Source: the human T2T-CHM13v2.0 reference genome, Homo sapiens
Assembly: GCA_009914755.4 (NCBI GenBank)
Contig: CP068257.2
Coordinates: 42,304,001 to 42,368,000 of the forward strand
Length of the DNA: 64,000 nucleotides
Reading direction: 5' to 3'
Position 1 is the stretch's first letter. Every line of letters begins with the position of its first letter. The notes beneath the pieces are model-generated. The model was not told the origin of the DNA and ran no database searches. It saw nothing but the letters and a program-made list of their open reading frames with translations. Below are positions 13,923 to 27,068 of this stretch, piece by piece. A program made the translations under genes and the position numbers.

Positions 13923-14537
13923 AGTTTGTTTCCTTTTTTAAATGAAAGGCTGCTGCTTTTTTCTGTGGGAAGGGAGAATTGGAAATCCTATAATATAAAA
14001 TATACAAATGAGTTATTCATGAGTATAACTGGATAAGATGAATACATACAAAAAGGGCAAATATTAACTGATGAAAACTAAATTACAGACTCCTACTTTC
14101 TAGCAGTATTCTGAAGCTAAAATACTACAAAACAGCTAAATCCTGCCTGAAACTGGCTTTTTAATGCATTTCTGGGCTCACAGTAAGGAAACAAAAACCT
14201 CTCAGCTCCACCCTTCCACCAAATCCCTTTAGCAAAAACCGGGGTGTGCAGAAATGGAATGTCAGCACTGCCTTTCAGGAGCCTAACCCTTGGGCAGCTG
14301 TAGCAGAGGGCGCTGAAGCTAAACCAGGACTCTTGAGCGAGGGCGCGAGACAAGCTAGGGTTAACAGTGACCCTTGGGTTTCAGCAGAGGCAAACGAAAG
14401 TACACTCTGGAGAAAGTCTCATTCAGGCCTGAAGAATCCCACAGATTAAGGAAAATTAAATATGAATTCATAATCAAGAATGACAACGTAAACAGCAGAT
14501 GTGGACTGAAGATGACCCACTGTGCCCCGACTTGAAA

Positions 14538-14750
14538 GAGAACCAAGTAGAACTGCTCTCAGTGAGAACTGTAGATATTTTAAAGCAAAAACTTACAGAC
14601 AGGTTTTGTATCAGATTAGATACAGTTAATGAGAATGGGTACAGAACCAAGTAGAACTGCTCTCAGTGAAAACTGTAGATATTTTAAAGCAAAACCGTAT
14701 GGATGGATTTTGTATCAGATTAGACACAGTTAATGAGAGAATGGGTACAC
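14538..14750. repeat. Tandem duplication, ~106 bp x2
   Basis: agaaccaagtagaactgctctcagtga.aactgtagatattttaaagcaaaa…tatcagattaga.acagttaatgaga..atgggtaca repeated head-to-tail. Confidence 0.75.
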
Positions 14751-15047
14751 CAGACATCAATGTGAAGAAATCATCCAGTGACAGTAAAGGAGGTGAAAAA
14801 TGTGAAATAGGCGTGAAAAGATGTAAGGACAGAATGAGAACCTTCATAAAATAGGGCTTTGGCCCCCATCCCCAAAGGAGAGAACAGGAGAAGCCTCCTG
14901 GGAAGAGAGGATGCCTGAGGACCTCCTGAACTGATGAAGGCACGATTTTTCAGATACAGGAAGCACATGTAGACCAAGCAGAGCGAATGCACAGAAATCC
15001 ACACCTAGGCAGGCCCTGGGGCATCACAGACCATCAGAGACAAGGAG

Positions 15048-15513
<466 letters not shown>

Positions 15514-15724
15514 TCAAGAGTACAAATAAAATAAAAAGGTTTTGGTAAACAAAAAAATGAGAGCTTTTACTGCCCATAGATCTTCACTTCAATATTTTTT
15601 AAGGATGTGTTTCAGTAAGAACAAAAATTATAAAAGTAGGGTATAATTTTCAAGAAAGAATGGTAGCCAAAGAAATTAGGAGATGGATGAATCTAAACCG
15701 TATGTAAAATAAAAACAGTGCTCA

Positions 15725-15966
15725 GCCGGGCGCAGTGGGTCACGCCTGTAATCCCAGCACTTTGGGAGGCCAAGGTGGGCGGATCACCTGAGGTCAGGAG
15801 TTCAAGACCAGCCTGGTCAACATGGTGAAACCCCATCTCTACTAAAAATACAAAAATTAGCCTGGCATGGTGGTGGGCACCTGTGATCCCAGCTCCTCAG
15901 GAGGCAGAGGCAGGAGAATCGCTTGACCCTGGGAGGTGGAGGTTGCAGTGAGGTGAGACTGCACCA
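15725..15966 (+). mobile_element. Alu, 3'-truncated
   Basis: gccgggcgcagtgggtcacgcctgtaatccc… ends at …gtgaggtgagactgcacc without a tail. Confidence 0.85.
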
Positions 15967-16110
15967 CGCTCAGCTAATTTTTTGTTTTGTATTTTTATTA
16001 GAGATGGGGTTTCACCATGTTGCCCAGACTGGTCTCAAACTCCTGACCTCAGGTGATCCGCCCACCTCGGCCTCCCAAAGTGCTGGGATTACAGGCGGGA
16101 GCGCCCAGCC
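15967..16110 (-). mobile_element. Alu fragment (reverse), abutting the previous Alu
   Basis: gctaattttttgttttgtatttttattagagatggggtttcaccatgttgcccag…ggattacaggcgggagcgcccagcc. Confidence 0.8.
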
Positions 16111-16555
16111 CAGGTTCAGATTTTAATGGTAACTTTGTTAAGTATAGGGTAGGAAAAAAGAGAGATCAAACATAGCTTCCAAAGTATTAGAAAAAGATAA
16201 AGAAAAAAAGGTAAATCTCTTTTGTTAATGCAAGAAAGTAGAAAGAAAAGCATTAAAATAAGAAATATTGAGGTATACATTAAGATCAATATAAAATTCC
16301 CAGATACTTGGGATGACCACAAATACACAAGAAAAGCACTTCAGTAAGAACAGAAATAATCGGCCTCTCCATCTGCTGGGCTTGCGTGGGTATGTGAATT
16401 CCGTCTGTGACTTGTTGGATTTGGGATGTTCTCCACTTAGATTTATTTCCATGAATATGTTTGTGGGAGCCTTTCTGCAGTCAGAGGTATGTGGAAGCCT
16501 TTGCCAGTTCAGGGGCGCATGGTGAGAGCAGACCTCACAGTGGGTTTGTTTATGT

Positions 16556-16848
16556 TTGTTTGTTTTTGAGACAGGGTCTTGCTCTGTCGCCCAGGCTGGA
16601 GTGCAGTGGTGTGATCTTGGCTCACTGCAATCTCTGCCTCCTGGGCTCAAGCAGTCCTCCTACCTCAGCCTCCTTGAGTAGCTGAGACCACAGGTGTGCA
16701 CCATCATGCCCAGCTAATTTTTGTATTTTTTGTAGAGACAGGGTTTTGCCATGTTGCCCAGACTGGTCTCCAACTCCTAGGCTCATGTGATCCTCCTGCC
16801 TCAGCCTGCTGGGCTGCTGGGATTACAGGCTGAGCCACCGCACCAGCC
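16556..16848 (-). mobile_element. Alu (reverse)
   Basis: (gttt)n tail then gagacagggtcttgctctgtcgcccaggctggagtgcagtgg…gattacaggctgagccaccgcaccagcc. Confidence 0.9.
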
Positions 16849-17226
16849 ACAGTGTTTTCTGATGACCCTGAACCACGGTTTTATTTTCAATTCTTCATTC
16901 CTGTTCTCATTCCTTAATGCTGGGTGCCTTCTTGCTGCCCATTTTGAACTCACTGCCAGTGTGTCTCTGCTGTCATCTGATGTGCAGAGCTATAGGTGCT
17001 GCGGCGAAGGGTGCAGGTTTGGAGCCGTTTAAACAACCTGGCCCAGCCTCCTCACTCCCTGCTGACCTTGGTCAAGGCTTCAGTCTCTAAACCTCAGCTT
17101 TCTCATCTGCAGAGCACAGACAAAACCACCTGCCTTTGAGCTGTCTTATAAAGCCTAAATCAATGCGCACAGCAGGTACACAGCAATGCTTGATAAATTG
17201 TTACTATTATTGGGTGAATTTTAGGT

Positions 17227-17532
17227 TTTTTTTGTTGTTGTTGTTGTTTTGAGACAGAGTCTCTCTGTTGTCCTGGCTGGAGCACAGCAGTGCGATCTTG
17301 GCTCACTGCAACCTCCATCTTCTGAGGTTCAAGTGATTCTCGTGCCCCAGCCTCCCAAGTAGCTGGGATTACAGGTGCCTGCCACCACATCCAGCTAATT
17401 TTTTTTATTTTTAAGTAGAGATGGGCTTTTGCCATGCTTCCCCAGCTGGTCTTGAACTCCTGGCCTCAAGTGATCCTCCTGTCTCGGCCTCCCAAAGTGC
17501 TGGGATTACAGGCTTGAGCCACCGCACCCGTC
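17227..17532 (-). mobile_element. Alu (reverse)
   Basis: T/GTT tail, gagacagagtctctctgttgtcctggctggagcacagcag…ggattacaggcttgagccaccgcacccgtcc. Confidence 0.9.
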
Positions 17533-19566
17533 CAGAATTTTAGATTTTTTTAAATCCGTGGTTGAAAAATAGGCTATGGCTGGCTTACTCATTGTGCTTT
17601 AGGGAAGCATGTATTTGAGTGAAGGAAATGATAAAAGGAATTTCATATCGGGCCCAGGCGCCGCCCACCCTGCAAGACAGTTTACAGATGCCTGCCCTGA
17701 CAGCTGTCTGCAGTTAGCCAGCGTCAGCCGAGGGGTCCTGAGATCCGCTGAAGGCTGCCTTTGCATGCCGACAGCAAGGGAAAAGTGCCACATGTCCCTG
17801 GGCTTGCCACAGGTGACCTTTGGATGGGACCATTCTCCAGACAGCGCAGCTCGTCTTTCCAGAACACTCATGGGGAGTGTGCCTGTGTCTGGCTGGCTGT
17901 GTGGGCTCCCATTCAGTTCATTCCCCTTCTCCAGCCTTTAGGCATGACCCTAAAGGCAGAGGTCTCAAGCACTTGCCAGGGGTGAGCCAGCGGTGGGGGC
18001 GCCCCTGCCAGGGCAGGCCTGCTGTGGGGGCTTGGTCAGCGAGTCTTCTCCCCACACGCAGGATTTCCTCCCGTCCACTGCCTCTGCCCACAGGTGACCT
18101 TTCTCTTTTAAAGGAATTGGGGTCCCTTGGTACCCCCACAAACCCTGAGTTCCCTCTCTCCTTTCTGCGTCCTTTCTGCTCGCCTGCATGTGCCTGCAGC
18201 ATCATGACCGCTGGGAAGACACTTCCCTGCACCTGCACGCTGTCTGCAGGCGTCTCTGGCCATCCTGGGCTGAGCTGCGTGATCTCGGGTAGCGGCCCTT
18301 TGTTCACCCGTGCAGGATGTCTTTGGAATTGGTCTCTAGTGTCCTTTATAAATAACTGGTATAAAAGAACCCCGGGCAATGGCCTTGCAGAAAGCCCACA
18401 CTTCAGAGCTGGGCTGGTGTCCAGCGCGAGAAGCCTGAGGCCGTCCTGAGCTGGAAGCCGCGTCCTGGTTCTGTGGGGCCATCCTTCCCGGACAACTGGC
18501 TGGGGGGCACAAGACTCTGGTGGCCGACAAGAGGCCCACCTGCTTGGCCTCCCTCTTGTCCTTCCCCACACGGCCCTCTGAACAGGACTAACTCCCTCTG
18601 AGGCCCACGTGTGACAAAGATGCACCGTTCTCACCACGGAACTCTTCAGCCCTGCAGTTCTCCCGAAGGTGAATGAGGGCATCCCAGAGTCCCCATCAGG
18701 AGACAGACGATGCTGCGTTCCCAGCAGCCCCAGAGCCCTCCCAGGCGTGCAGGTCTCCTGCCGGCAAACAGATCTCCCGGCACGAGCCCCTCCACACTTC
18801 TGGGAAGAGTGTCTTCAGCTCACCAGGCCGGAGCCAGGGGAAGAGACCAAGGGAGGAGGCTCCAAGAACCCCTGGGTGGGGGGGACAAGCACTCAAAGCC
18901 AGGACTGGCACCCCTCACATGCCAGCACCCACGGGGTCAGGTGTGCCCTGCTGTCTCTGGGGACCCCGCAGGCCTCTGGCCACCTGCCCAGCAGCAAGCC
19001 CCGTCGAGCACCCCCAGCCGGCCTTCCTGGGGGCGGGCTAGGCCTCACATGGCTTTTTTTTAAATATGGAAAACCAGTGTAACCCCAAAGCAAGTTTTAG
19101 GAGAAAATATAATTCCTATTACTCTGTCGTCTATAATTCCATTCTGCTCTTAACTCTTCATTTTTTCCCACTGTCTGTTCTGCAGACATACGATGGTTGT
19201 TTTCTGCTTCCTAATCATCTAGTGACATTTTTCATCTTCTGCACCTCTCACGGGGCGTGGCTGTGCGGTACTCGGCCACACCAAGGTGCACGTGAGAAGC
19301 GTAATTGGGCGTAAAGATCAGCGTCTCCATGCAGAGTGGCGGTTCTCTCCCTTTCTGCTGCTACCTTCCATCTGTCTCCTCCCAACTGTTGCTTAGAGAA
19401 AGTTATTGTAATTTCATAAAACGTACTCAGTGTAAGTCATCAAAACTCATGTTTAGCAGAGACTTCCTCTCTGGACAAAAATACTGTAGGTGTCTCCTGT
19501 GGGCGCTCCCTGACCATCCCAGGAGGAGGGGTCCTACCAGTGCCAACGCCCTCCCCCTGTCCGCAG

Positions 19567-19736
19567 AACTGGTCATGCTGCTGGAGTGGTGGTCCTGCAC
19601 GGAGTGTACACTGTTCACGGACCAGGCCACGGTAGAGCGCTTTGGGAAGGAGCACGCAGTCATCATCCTCAACCACAACTTCGAGATCGACTTCCTCTGT
19701 GGGTGGACCATGTGTGAGCGCTTCGGAGTGCTGGGG
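19567..19736 (+). CDS. AGPAT3: AGPAT3 coding exon 2 (..QLVMLLEWWSCTECTLFTDQATVERFGKEHAVIILNHNFEIDFLCGWTMCERFGVLG)
   Basis: Acceptor ccgcag|AA; contains acyltransferase motif I NHxxxxD (NHNFEIDF); donor GGG|gtgagc; the phase joins exon 1 exactly. Confidence 0.95.
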
Positions 19737-20170
19737 GTGAGCGGGGACCTGGGGAGGGCCACGGGTGAGCAGGAGGGTCCCGGGGAGGGCCGGGGGTGAG
19801 CGGGGACCCAGGGAGGGCCGGGGTGAGCAGGGGGTCCCTGCAGGGCTGGGGGTGGGGTGGTGACTGGGAGTGAGCTGGGCGGGGTCCCAGGAGGGCTGGG
19901 GATGAGCAGGGTGGGGTGGTCCTGGGGAGGGCTGGGGGTGAGTGGGGGGTCCCAGGGAGAGGCTAGGGTGAGCACCTTCCAGGGGAGGTGCTGGGAGTGA
20001 GCGGCAAGGGTCCTGGGGAGGATCTGGGGGAGTAGGCGGGTGCTGGGGTGAGCAAGAGGGCCCTGGGTGGGGGAGGTACTGGGTGGAGCAGTGGGGGTCC
20101 CAGCAGAGGAGCTGGGAGAGCCTTGGGTTTCCCAGGGAAAGGGCTAGGGGAGCAGGGGACTCCCTGAGGA
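19737..20170. repeat. G-rich tandem repeat (~35-40-bp units, ggtgagc(a/g)ggg(g)tcccagggagggctgggg) beginning exactly at the exon-2 splice donor
   Basis: At least 10 successive units, each containing GGTGAG(C/T); visible in sequence. Confidence 0.8.
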
Positions 20171-20738
20171 GGTGCCGGGGAGGCCCCTGGGGTCCGAGTC
20201 CCTGGGTGTTCCTCCTGGGGCGTCTCTTTGAGCTCGGCAGTGGTGCCTGGCTGGTTGAGGGGCCCTGGCCCGCAGGGCCTCAGCTGTCCCCGAGCTGTGC
20301 CCTCCTTTCTCATCATGGCCTTTGCCTTTGAGATGACCCCACCTGCGTCCCTGCAGAACCACTTCCGTTAGCTAAGCTGCCTCAGATGAAACCTAAACTA
20401 CTCCCCGATGCTGGCAGAAGAATTTCATTGCAGTCAAAGCCCCTGTGTGAGGCAGCACCCCCAGGCCACCCCCCGGAAGCCTGGCAGCCTCTGCATCCGG
20501 CTCATCCACCTTCCCTGAGGGCCCTCCCAGCCAAGCCTGAGCCTCAGTTTCCTCATTTCTGGGGCGACCCACTCACCCTCAGAAGCCGGGTCCTGCTTCA
20601 CAGCAGACCCCCTGAGCCACAAAGCCGTGACTCCTAGAGCGACACCACACAGGAGCTGGGTGCAGCGGGAGCCTGGCCAAGCCCCTGGCCTCTGTCCGAC
20701 GCTGAAGTGCCAGGTGCCCCTCCTTCTCCTCCCTCCAG

Positions 20739-20900
20739 AGCTCCAAGGTCCTCGCTAAGAAGGAGCTGCTCTACGTGCCCCTCATCGGCTGGACGTGGTA
20801 CTTTCTGGAGATTGTGTTCTGCAAGCGGAAGTGGGAGGAGGACCGGGACACCGTGGTCGAAGGGCTGAGGCGCCTGTCGGACTACCCCGAGTACATGTGG
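20739..20900 (+). CDS. AGPAT3: AGPAT3 coding exon 3 (SSKVLAKKELLYVPLIGWTWYFLEIVFCKRKWEEDRDTVVEGLRRLSDYPEYMW)
   Basis: Acceptor ccctccag; 162 nt, phase 0 to 0; donor gtgagt at 20901. Confidence 0.95.
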
Positions 20901-21271
20901 GTGAGTGCGCGGAGCAGCCCGATACCCTGCATGCCTGGAGGAGGCCACGCCAACTCCTGATGCACGGCTGCCCACATCCCAGGCTGGGAAACCCCATGAG
21001 AGCCTCTGCACATGGGGTGCTGTTTCCATGGGGCCATGACTCCCCCATCTGAGCTGCAGGCGTGGAGGCTTCTCTTGGGCCACCTGCTTGCTACTCGCCG
21101 CAATCCCAGCTCTGACCAGGCCATCCTAAGGGGATCTGGCCGGGGGAGGGGGCAGAGCAGGGTGCCCCCAGTGAGCCCTGGCTCTGCCCGCCCTGCTCAG
21201 TGTGCATCCCCATTCTTTTTCTGTCCCTTCTTCCTGGTCTGTCTTGGAAAATGGGCTGCCTGTGCTGTTAG

Positions 21272-21926
<655 letters not shown>

Positions 21927-22273
21927 TGCTGTTAACATTTCTAACTCATGCTGTGGCAAGTCGATGAAACCCTCTCTGTTTTCACACTGCTCAGAGGCTG
22001 CTGCCCCAACACACCTTCATGTTTCACTTCTTTCTGGAAAGTTCTTTCTGGAGAGCTCTCCTGTGTGAATGAACGTGTGTGACTGGAGTGCAGACTGTGG
22101 CCCTAGAATAAAAGAACCTTTCAGTCATAACCCATGCTGCTCGCTAAAGCGGTTCCAAGATTTCCACAAATTCAGCCACAACCTTTGCTGCCTGTCAGAG
22201 AGGCAGGCCTGGCCTGGACATGCACCCACCCCAGCTGCTCTGTGGAGTGACCCTGTCTCCGTGTTGATCCTAG

Positions 22274-22427
22274 TTTCTCCTGTACTGCGAGGGGACGCGC
22301 TTCACGGAGACCAAGCACCGCGTTAGCATGGAGGTGGCGGCTGCTAAGGGGCTTCCTGTCCTCAAGTACCACCTGCTGCCGCGGACCAAGGGCTTCACCA
22401 CCGCAGTCAAGTGCCTCCGGGGGACAG
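22274..22427 (+). CDS. AGPAT3: AGPAT3 coding exon 4 (FLLYCEGTRFTETKHRVSMEVAAAKGLPVLKYHLLPRTKGFTTAVKCLRGT.)
   Basis: Acceptor tcctag; contains the EGTR acyltransferase motif III; donor G|gtaggc. Confidence 0.95.
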
Positions 22428-23008
22428 GTAGGCCCCAGACTGCCCGAGCCGGGGCCACCGCTATGCTCACGGAAAATAGTGATTTCTTTAAAAAAAAAAA
22501 AAATGAGTGCATTCCATGTGAAACACAGAAGAACAGAAGTGCAAAAGGAATCAAGTGAGGGGGTCGGCGCCGCAAGGTTCCCGCGTCAGGTTTTGAGGTG
22601 ATAAAATGCTAATTCATGAGAAACAATTAAAATAATAAAAAATACATAATGCAAAACCTTATGAAGGGAAAATAATCATTATTGTATCTTATTAATCCAA
22701 AAGGAGTCAAAATAAAAGAAAGGGACAAAGAACAGAAAACAGCCAGACAGCAGGGTCACACTCACAGCGTCAGTACCCATGGGAAACGTCAGCCACTAAA
22801 TGCCCTCACCAACAGAGAATGGGGAAAAAAGAGGGGGAAAGAAAACTTAGAGAAGAGGTCCTGGTGTGTTCTCCCCAGGACGGGGCCAGACCCCTCACGC
22901 GTTCTCCCCAGGACGGGGCCGGGTCCCAGGTGGAACTTGCTTTTCCCTCTGGCAGTGACCATGCAGCCGCCTGGGCTGGGTCATTCACCCTCCCGTCTCC
23001 TCCCACAG

Positions 23009-23111
23009 TCGCAGCTGTCTATGATGTAACCCTGAACTTCAGAGGAAACAAGAACCCGTCCCTGCTGGGGATCCTCTACGGGAAGAAGTACGAGGCGGAC
23101 ATGTGCGTGAG
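23009..23111 (+). CDS. AGPAT3: AGPAT3 coding exon 5 (.VAAVYDVTLNFRGNKNPSLLGILYGKKYEADMCV.)
   Basis: Acceptor tcccacag; donor AG|gtgagg; the phase joins correctly. Confidence 0.95.
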
Positions 23112-23767
23112 GTGAGGCCAGACCCTGTGGCTCTCGCGCCGCCCCCCATACCTTCATGAGCTTGCGCTGGGCAGAGGCCAGGAGGGTGGCTGGGTCCAGG
23201 CCCCACGTCCCACAGCCCCGCAGGGTGGAACTCACACGGAAGGCCTGTCTGCAGCCCTGCCCTGCTGAGCAGACACAGGAGAGGCCCTGCAGGACTCGTC
23301 CGGGGCTTGGGTTGCAGGCCACGGAGAGGACATGGAGACACGGGGGATGTGTGGGGAGACTCACCATTGCCCACGGTGTGTTTCATTCCTTTGGGGAAAT
23401 CATTGACCTGGCTTTCGAGGCCACCTCCATCCTCTCCTTCTGCCTCCTTGGGAAGCCCCTGTAGTTCCCTCTGTAAGATGCTCTGTCCCTTCGTGGGCTT
23501 TGTCTCAAACCCCACTGGGCTCCATAAGTCTCCTGGGGCCCACAGTCACACGACCTGGGGGGCATACGGTGCTGACTTCTCACCGAGGGGTGAAACCCAG
23601 GCAGGTCTCTTGGTGGGCAGGACGGGACCACCTGCGGAGCCCCTGGCCTGAAGCAGCGCTGGTGATGGGAGTGGCTTTCTGCTGGCCCTGGTGATGGCAG
23701 CCGCAGCACGCGAGGGACCGCAGTGTCTGAAGGAGACAGTGGTGAAGGGAAAGGAAGAGCCTGTTTG

Positions 23768-24066
23768 ATTTTTTTTTTTCTTGGAGACGGAGTTTCACCC
23801 CATCGCCCAGGCTGGCATGCAGTGGCTCAATCTTGGCTCACTGCAACCTCCGCCTCCCCGGTTCAAGCAATTCTCCTGTCTCAGCCTCCTGAGTAGCTGG
23901 GATTACAGGTGCCCACTACCTCGCCTGGCTAATTTCATATTTTTTTAGTAGAGACAGGGTTTTACCATATTGTCCAGGCTGGACTCGAACTCCTGACCTC
24001 AAGTGATCTGCCTGCCTCGGCCTCCCAAAGTGCTGGGATTACAGGTGTGAGCCACCACGTTGGGCC
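23768..24066 (-). mobile_element. Alu (reverse)
   Basis: T-tail, ggagacggagtttcaccccatcgcccaggctggcatgcagtgg…ggattacaggtgtgagccaccacgttgggcc. Confidence 0.9.
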
Positions 24067-25669
24067 GAAGAGCCTTTTTCAAACCCTGTCTTGAGAGTTG
24101 GGGCTTCAGTGCTATGGGGCCCCAGTCCTGTCCCAATGAAATAAAATGGGAGTGGCGTGTCTAGACCCCAGGAGGAGCCTGGGGCTTGCTCTGCAGGGTA
24201 CCAGCGGCTTTCCTTGGGGCAGTGTGTCTCTTTCCCCACACAGTCAGGGCTGTGGGTGCCGCCACCAATCCGTTGCTGCCCTTGGACTCTCCAAGCTTCT
24301 CTGGCTCACATAGAGGAGAAAATCCACCCAGAAATCCTGTTGACTTAAAACACAGGCTGGGGTTGTGACCTTGATTCCAGCACAAATCATCATTTCAGGC
24401 AGGCCTTTGAGGCACGAAGAAACCGTGCGCTGGATGGCCCTTGTTGAGCTTGTCAGTCTCTGGTTTCATTCAAGTGTGTGCGGAAAGGCAGGGCCCTCCT
24501 TGCCACATGTAAAGCTGCACAGAGCGGTCACTATATGTGTTTCCATATTTGCAATCCAACCACCACCAACTGAGTGTGCGTCCTGATCAGCCGAGCCTGC
24601 CCACGGTGGCCACAGGCCCTCTACATTCTAATCTCGAGAGCCTGAGCATGTACAAATTAAACGAAGCAAAACGACACCACCCAGTTCTGGCCGTACTATA
24701 GGAGGTTTCCAGGAAGGGTTTGTGAACATAAACATAAGCTAGGTAACACTCCTTTCTGAAGTTCAAGGACTGGCTGATTAGAGGCGGAGGCGTTCTTCTC
24801 CCGACCCGGGGTCAGTGGGGCCACGAGCTGAGAGTTCTCTCCCTTATGTGCCTAAAACCCCTGGGAGGGAGCTCTGAGCCACTGTGGACCATGGAGGCTG
24901 CGGTGACTGACCGGGGCCCTGGACGGTCCAGATGGCAGGCTGGGACAGGACATGAGAGGGGATGATAGCAGCTGGTGGCCCTGTGCCAGATCCTGGCCAC
25001 AGCTGGCCTCAGTCATCTTCACGAGAGGAGCCCTTGAGGCACGTCTTGCTCTCATCCTTGGGTGGTTAGTGGTGGCTTGAGGCTGGGTGGTCAGAGTAGC
25101 TGTCCAAGGTCAGCACTGGCCATGGAGGAGCCCGGCCACCCGCCAAGCTGCACGGCGCCTCCGCCTCGGGTGCCACACAGCCCCCCACGGAGAGACTCCT
25201 CATCCGCCATCCTCCCTGCCGCTGCCTTTATTTTGCCCGATCATATTTTAATAAATACTCGCTTTGAACTTGTAAGGCTTCGGCTGTTCAGGTCACTCAC
25301 CGCTTCGCTGTTTGAGGAGCAGCAGTGTCCCCGCGCGCCCCTGCAGCCGAGCCATCACAGCGCCAGGCTCCCCACAGCATGGGGCTGGCCCTCTTTCCTC
25401 CTGCTTTGGTGGCGATGCCCAGGGCCATGGGGAAGCAGGGCCAATGTGTGCAGGACGGCTGCAGGGCTCTCCTGTCCCCAGGGCTGGCCCCTGGGCCGAG
25501 GGCCTTCAAGTGGCTTGAGTCAGCTCCAGGAGGCAGATGCTCAGGGTGACACCCTGGGGTGCAGAAAAAAAATAGAATTTTTATTTATATTTACTTTTTA
25601 TCTTATTTTTAATTCTTATGTTTATATGTTTCATAATGTATGTAACAGACATACGATAAAACCTGTATG

Positions 25670-26385
25670 TGGGGCATGTGTGGGTGTGTGTGTGTTCATG
25701 TGGGATGTGTATGTGTGGTGTGTATTATGTATGTAGTATATGTGATGTGTGCATGTGTGGTGTACGTATGTGCATTGTGTGTAAATTATGTGTGTGTTGT
25801 ATATGGGTGTGGTATTTGCAGTATAGTGTGCATATAAATTATCTATGTGTGTATAAATTATATGTGTGTATAAATTATATGTGTGTGGTATGTGTGTAAA
25901 AATTTGTATAAATTATATATTCGTGTGGGGTGATGTATGTGGTGTGTGTATAGTGTGGCGTGTGTATAAATTACATATGTGTATGGTGTGTGTGATGTGT
26001 GTGTGGTGTGTGAGGTATGGTGTGTGTAAATTATATTTGTGGTGTGTGTTGAACTGTGTGTGGTATGTGTGTATAAATTATAAATGTGCATGTGTGTGCA
26101 AAATGGGTGGGTTTGGTGTGTGGGGTATGTGTGGTATAGTGTGTCATGTGGTGTGTGTGTAAATTATATGTGTGTGGTGTGTGTGTAGTGTGTGTATATA
26201 AATCGTGAGGGTGGTGTGTGTGTGGTGTGTGTGTATAAATTATGTGTTTGATATGTGTGGTGTGGTGTGTATAAATTATAAATGTGTGTGTGGTGTGTGT
26301 ATATGAATCAGGGTTGGTGTGTGTGGTGTGTATAAATTGTATGTGTTTGATGTGTGTGGTGTGTACGACATGGGGCTGTGTGTGT
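25670..26385. repeat. GT-rich complex minisatellite (units like tgtgtgtataaattatatgtgtgtggtgtgtg)
   Basis: Approximately 30-40-bp periodicity of gtgtataaattat motifs embedded in (TG)n. Confidence 0.8.
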
Positions 26386-26609
26386 CAGGGACCACAGCCA
26401 GCCAGTGTGGGCCTCTGGGCAGGCCCCTCCCCTCACTGTAGACAAAGAAGCCTCTGCGCCTCGGTTGTTCCTCACATGGCGTCTGTGGCAAATCCTCCCC
26501 ATGCCAGTTGAACCTGGGGCCAATGTGAAGCTGCTTTTATTTACTGGGACGTGATGTTGTCTTCATAGCCATCTGCTCACCAGCATGCGGCAGAGGCTTG
26601 TGAACACTG

Positions 26610-27068
26610 CATGTGTGCTGGTGTGTGCTGTGTGCTGTTGTGTACTGGCGTTTGCTGATGTGTGTGTTGTGCACTCGCATGTGATGTGTATGTGCTGGCA
26701 TGTTGCATGTGCTGGCATGTGCCAGTGTGTGCACTGGTGTGTAGTGTGTGCTGGCATGTGGTATGTGTCGAGGTGTGCTGGTGTGTGGTGGGTGCTGGTG
26801 TATGGCATGTGCTAACGTGTGGTGTGTTCTGGTGTGTGCTGGTGTGTGGTAATGTTTTGGTGTGTGCTGGTGTGTGGTGTGTTCTGGTGTGTGCTGGCGT
26901 GTGGTATGTTTTGGTGTGTGCTGGCATGTAGTGTGCTGGCGTGTGCTGGCGTGTGGTATGTTCTGGTGTGTGCTGGCATGTGTGTGGCATGTGCTGGCAT
27001 GTGTCGGTGTGTGCACTGGTGTGTGGTGGGTGCTGGTGTATGACGCATGCTGGCGTGTGCTTGTGTTG
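26610..27068. repeat. GT-rich minisatellite (unit ~gtgtgctggcgtgtggtatgttctg)
   Basis: Tandem gtgtgctgg/gtgtggt units; the minus strand gives His/Thr/Pro-rich pseudo-ORFs. Confidence 0.8.

Noticed and set aside
17918-18682. 254-aa minus-strand ORF and 209-aa plus-strand ORF at 17.8-18.7 kb
   Set aside because: GC-rich intronic sequence with no stop codons by chance; low-complexity Pro/Arg/Gly composition; no recognisable domain or splice signals
25062-25736. 224-aa plus-strand ORF in the intron before coding exon 6
   Set aside because: GC-rich chance ORF that runs into the GT-rich repeat; no splice-compatible context, and not part of the AGPAT3 reading frame, which is fully accounted for without it
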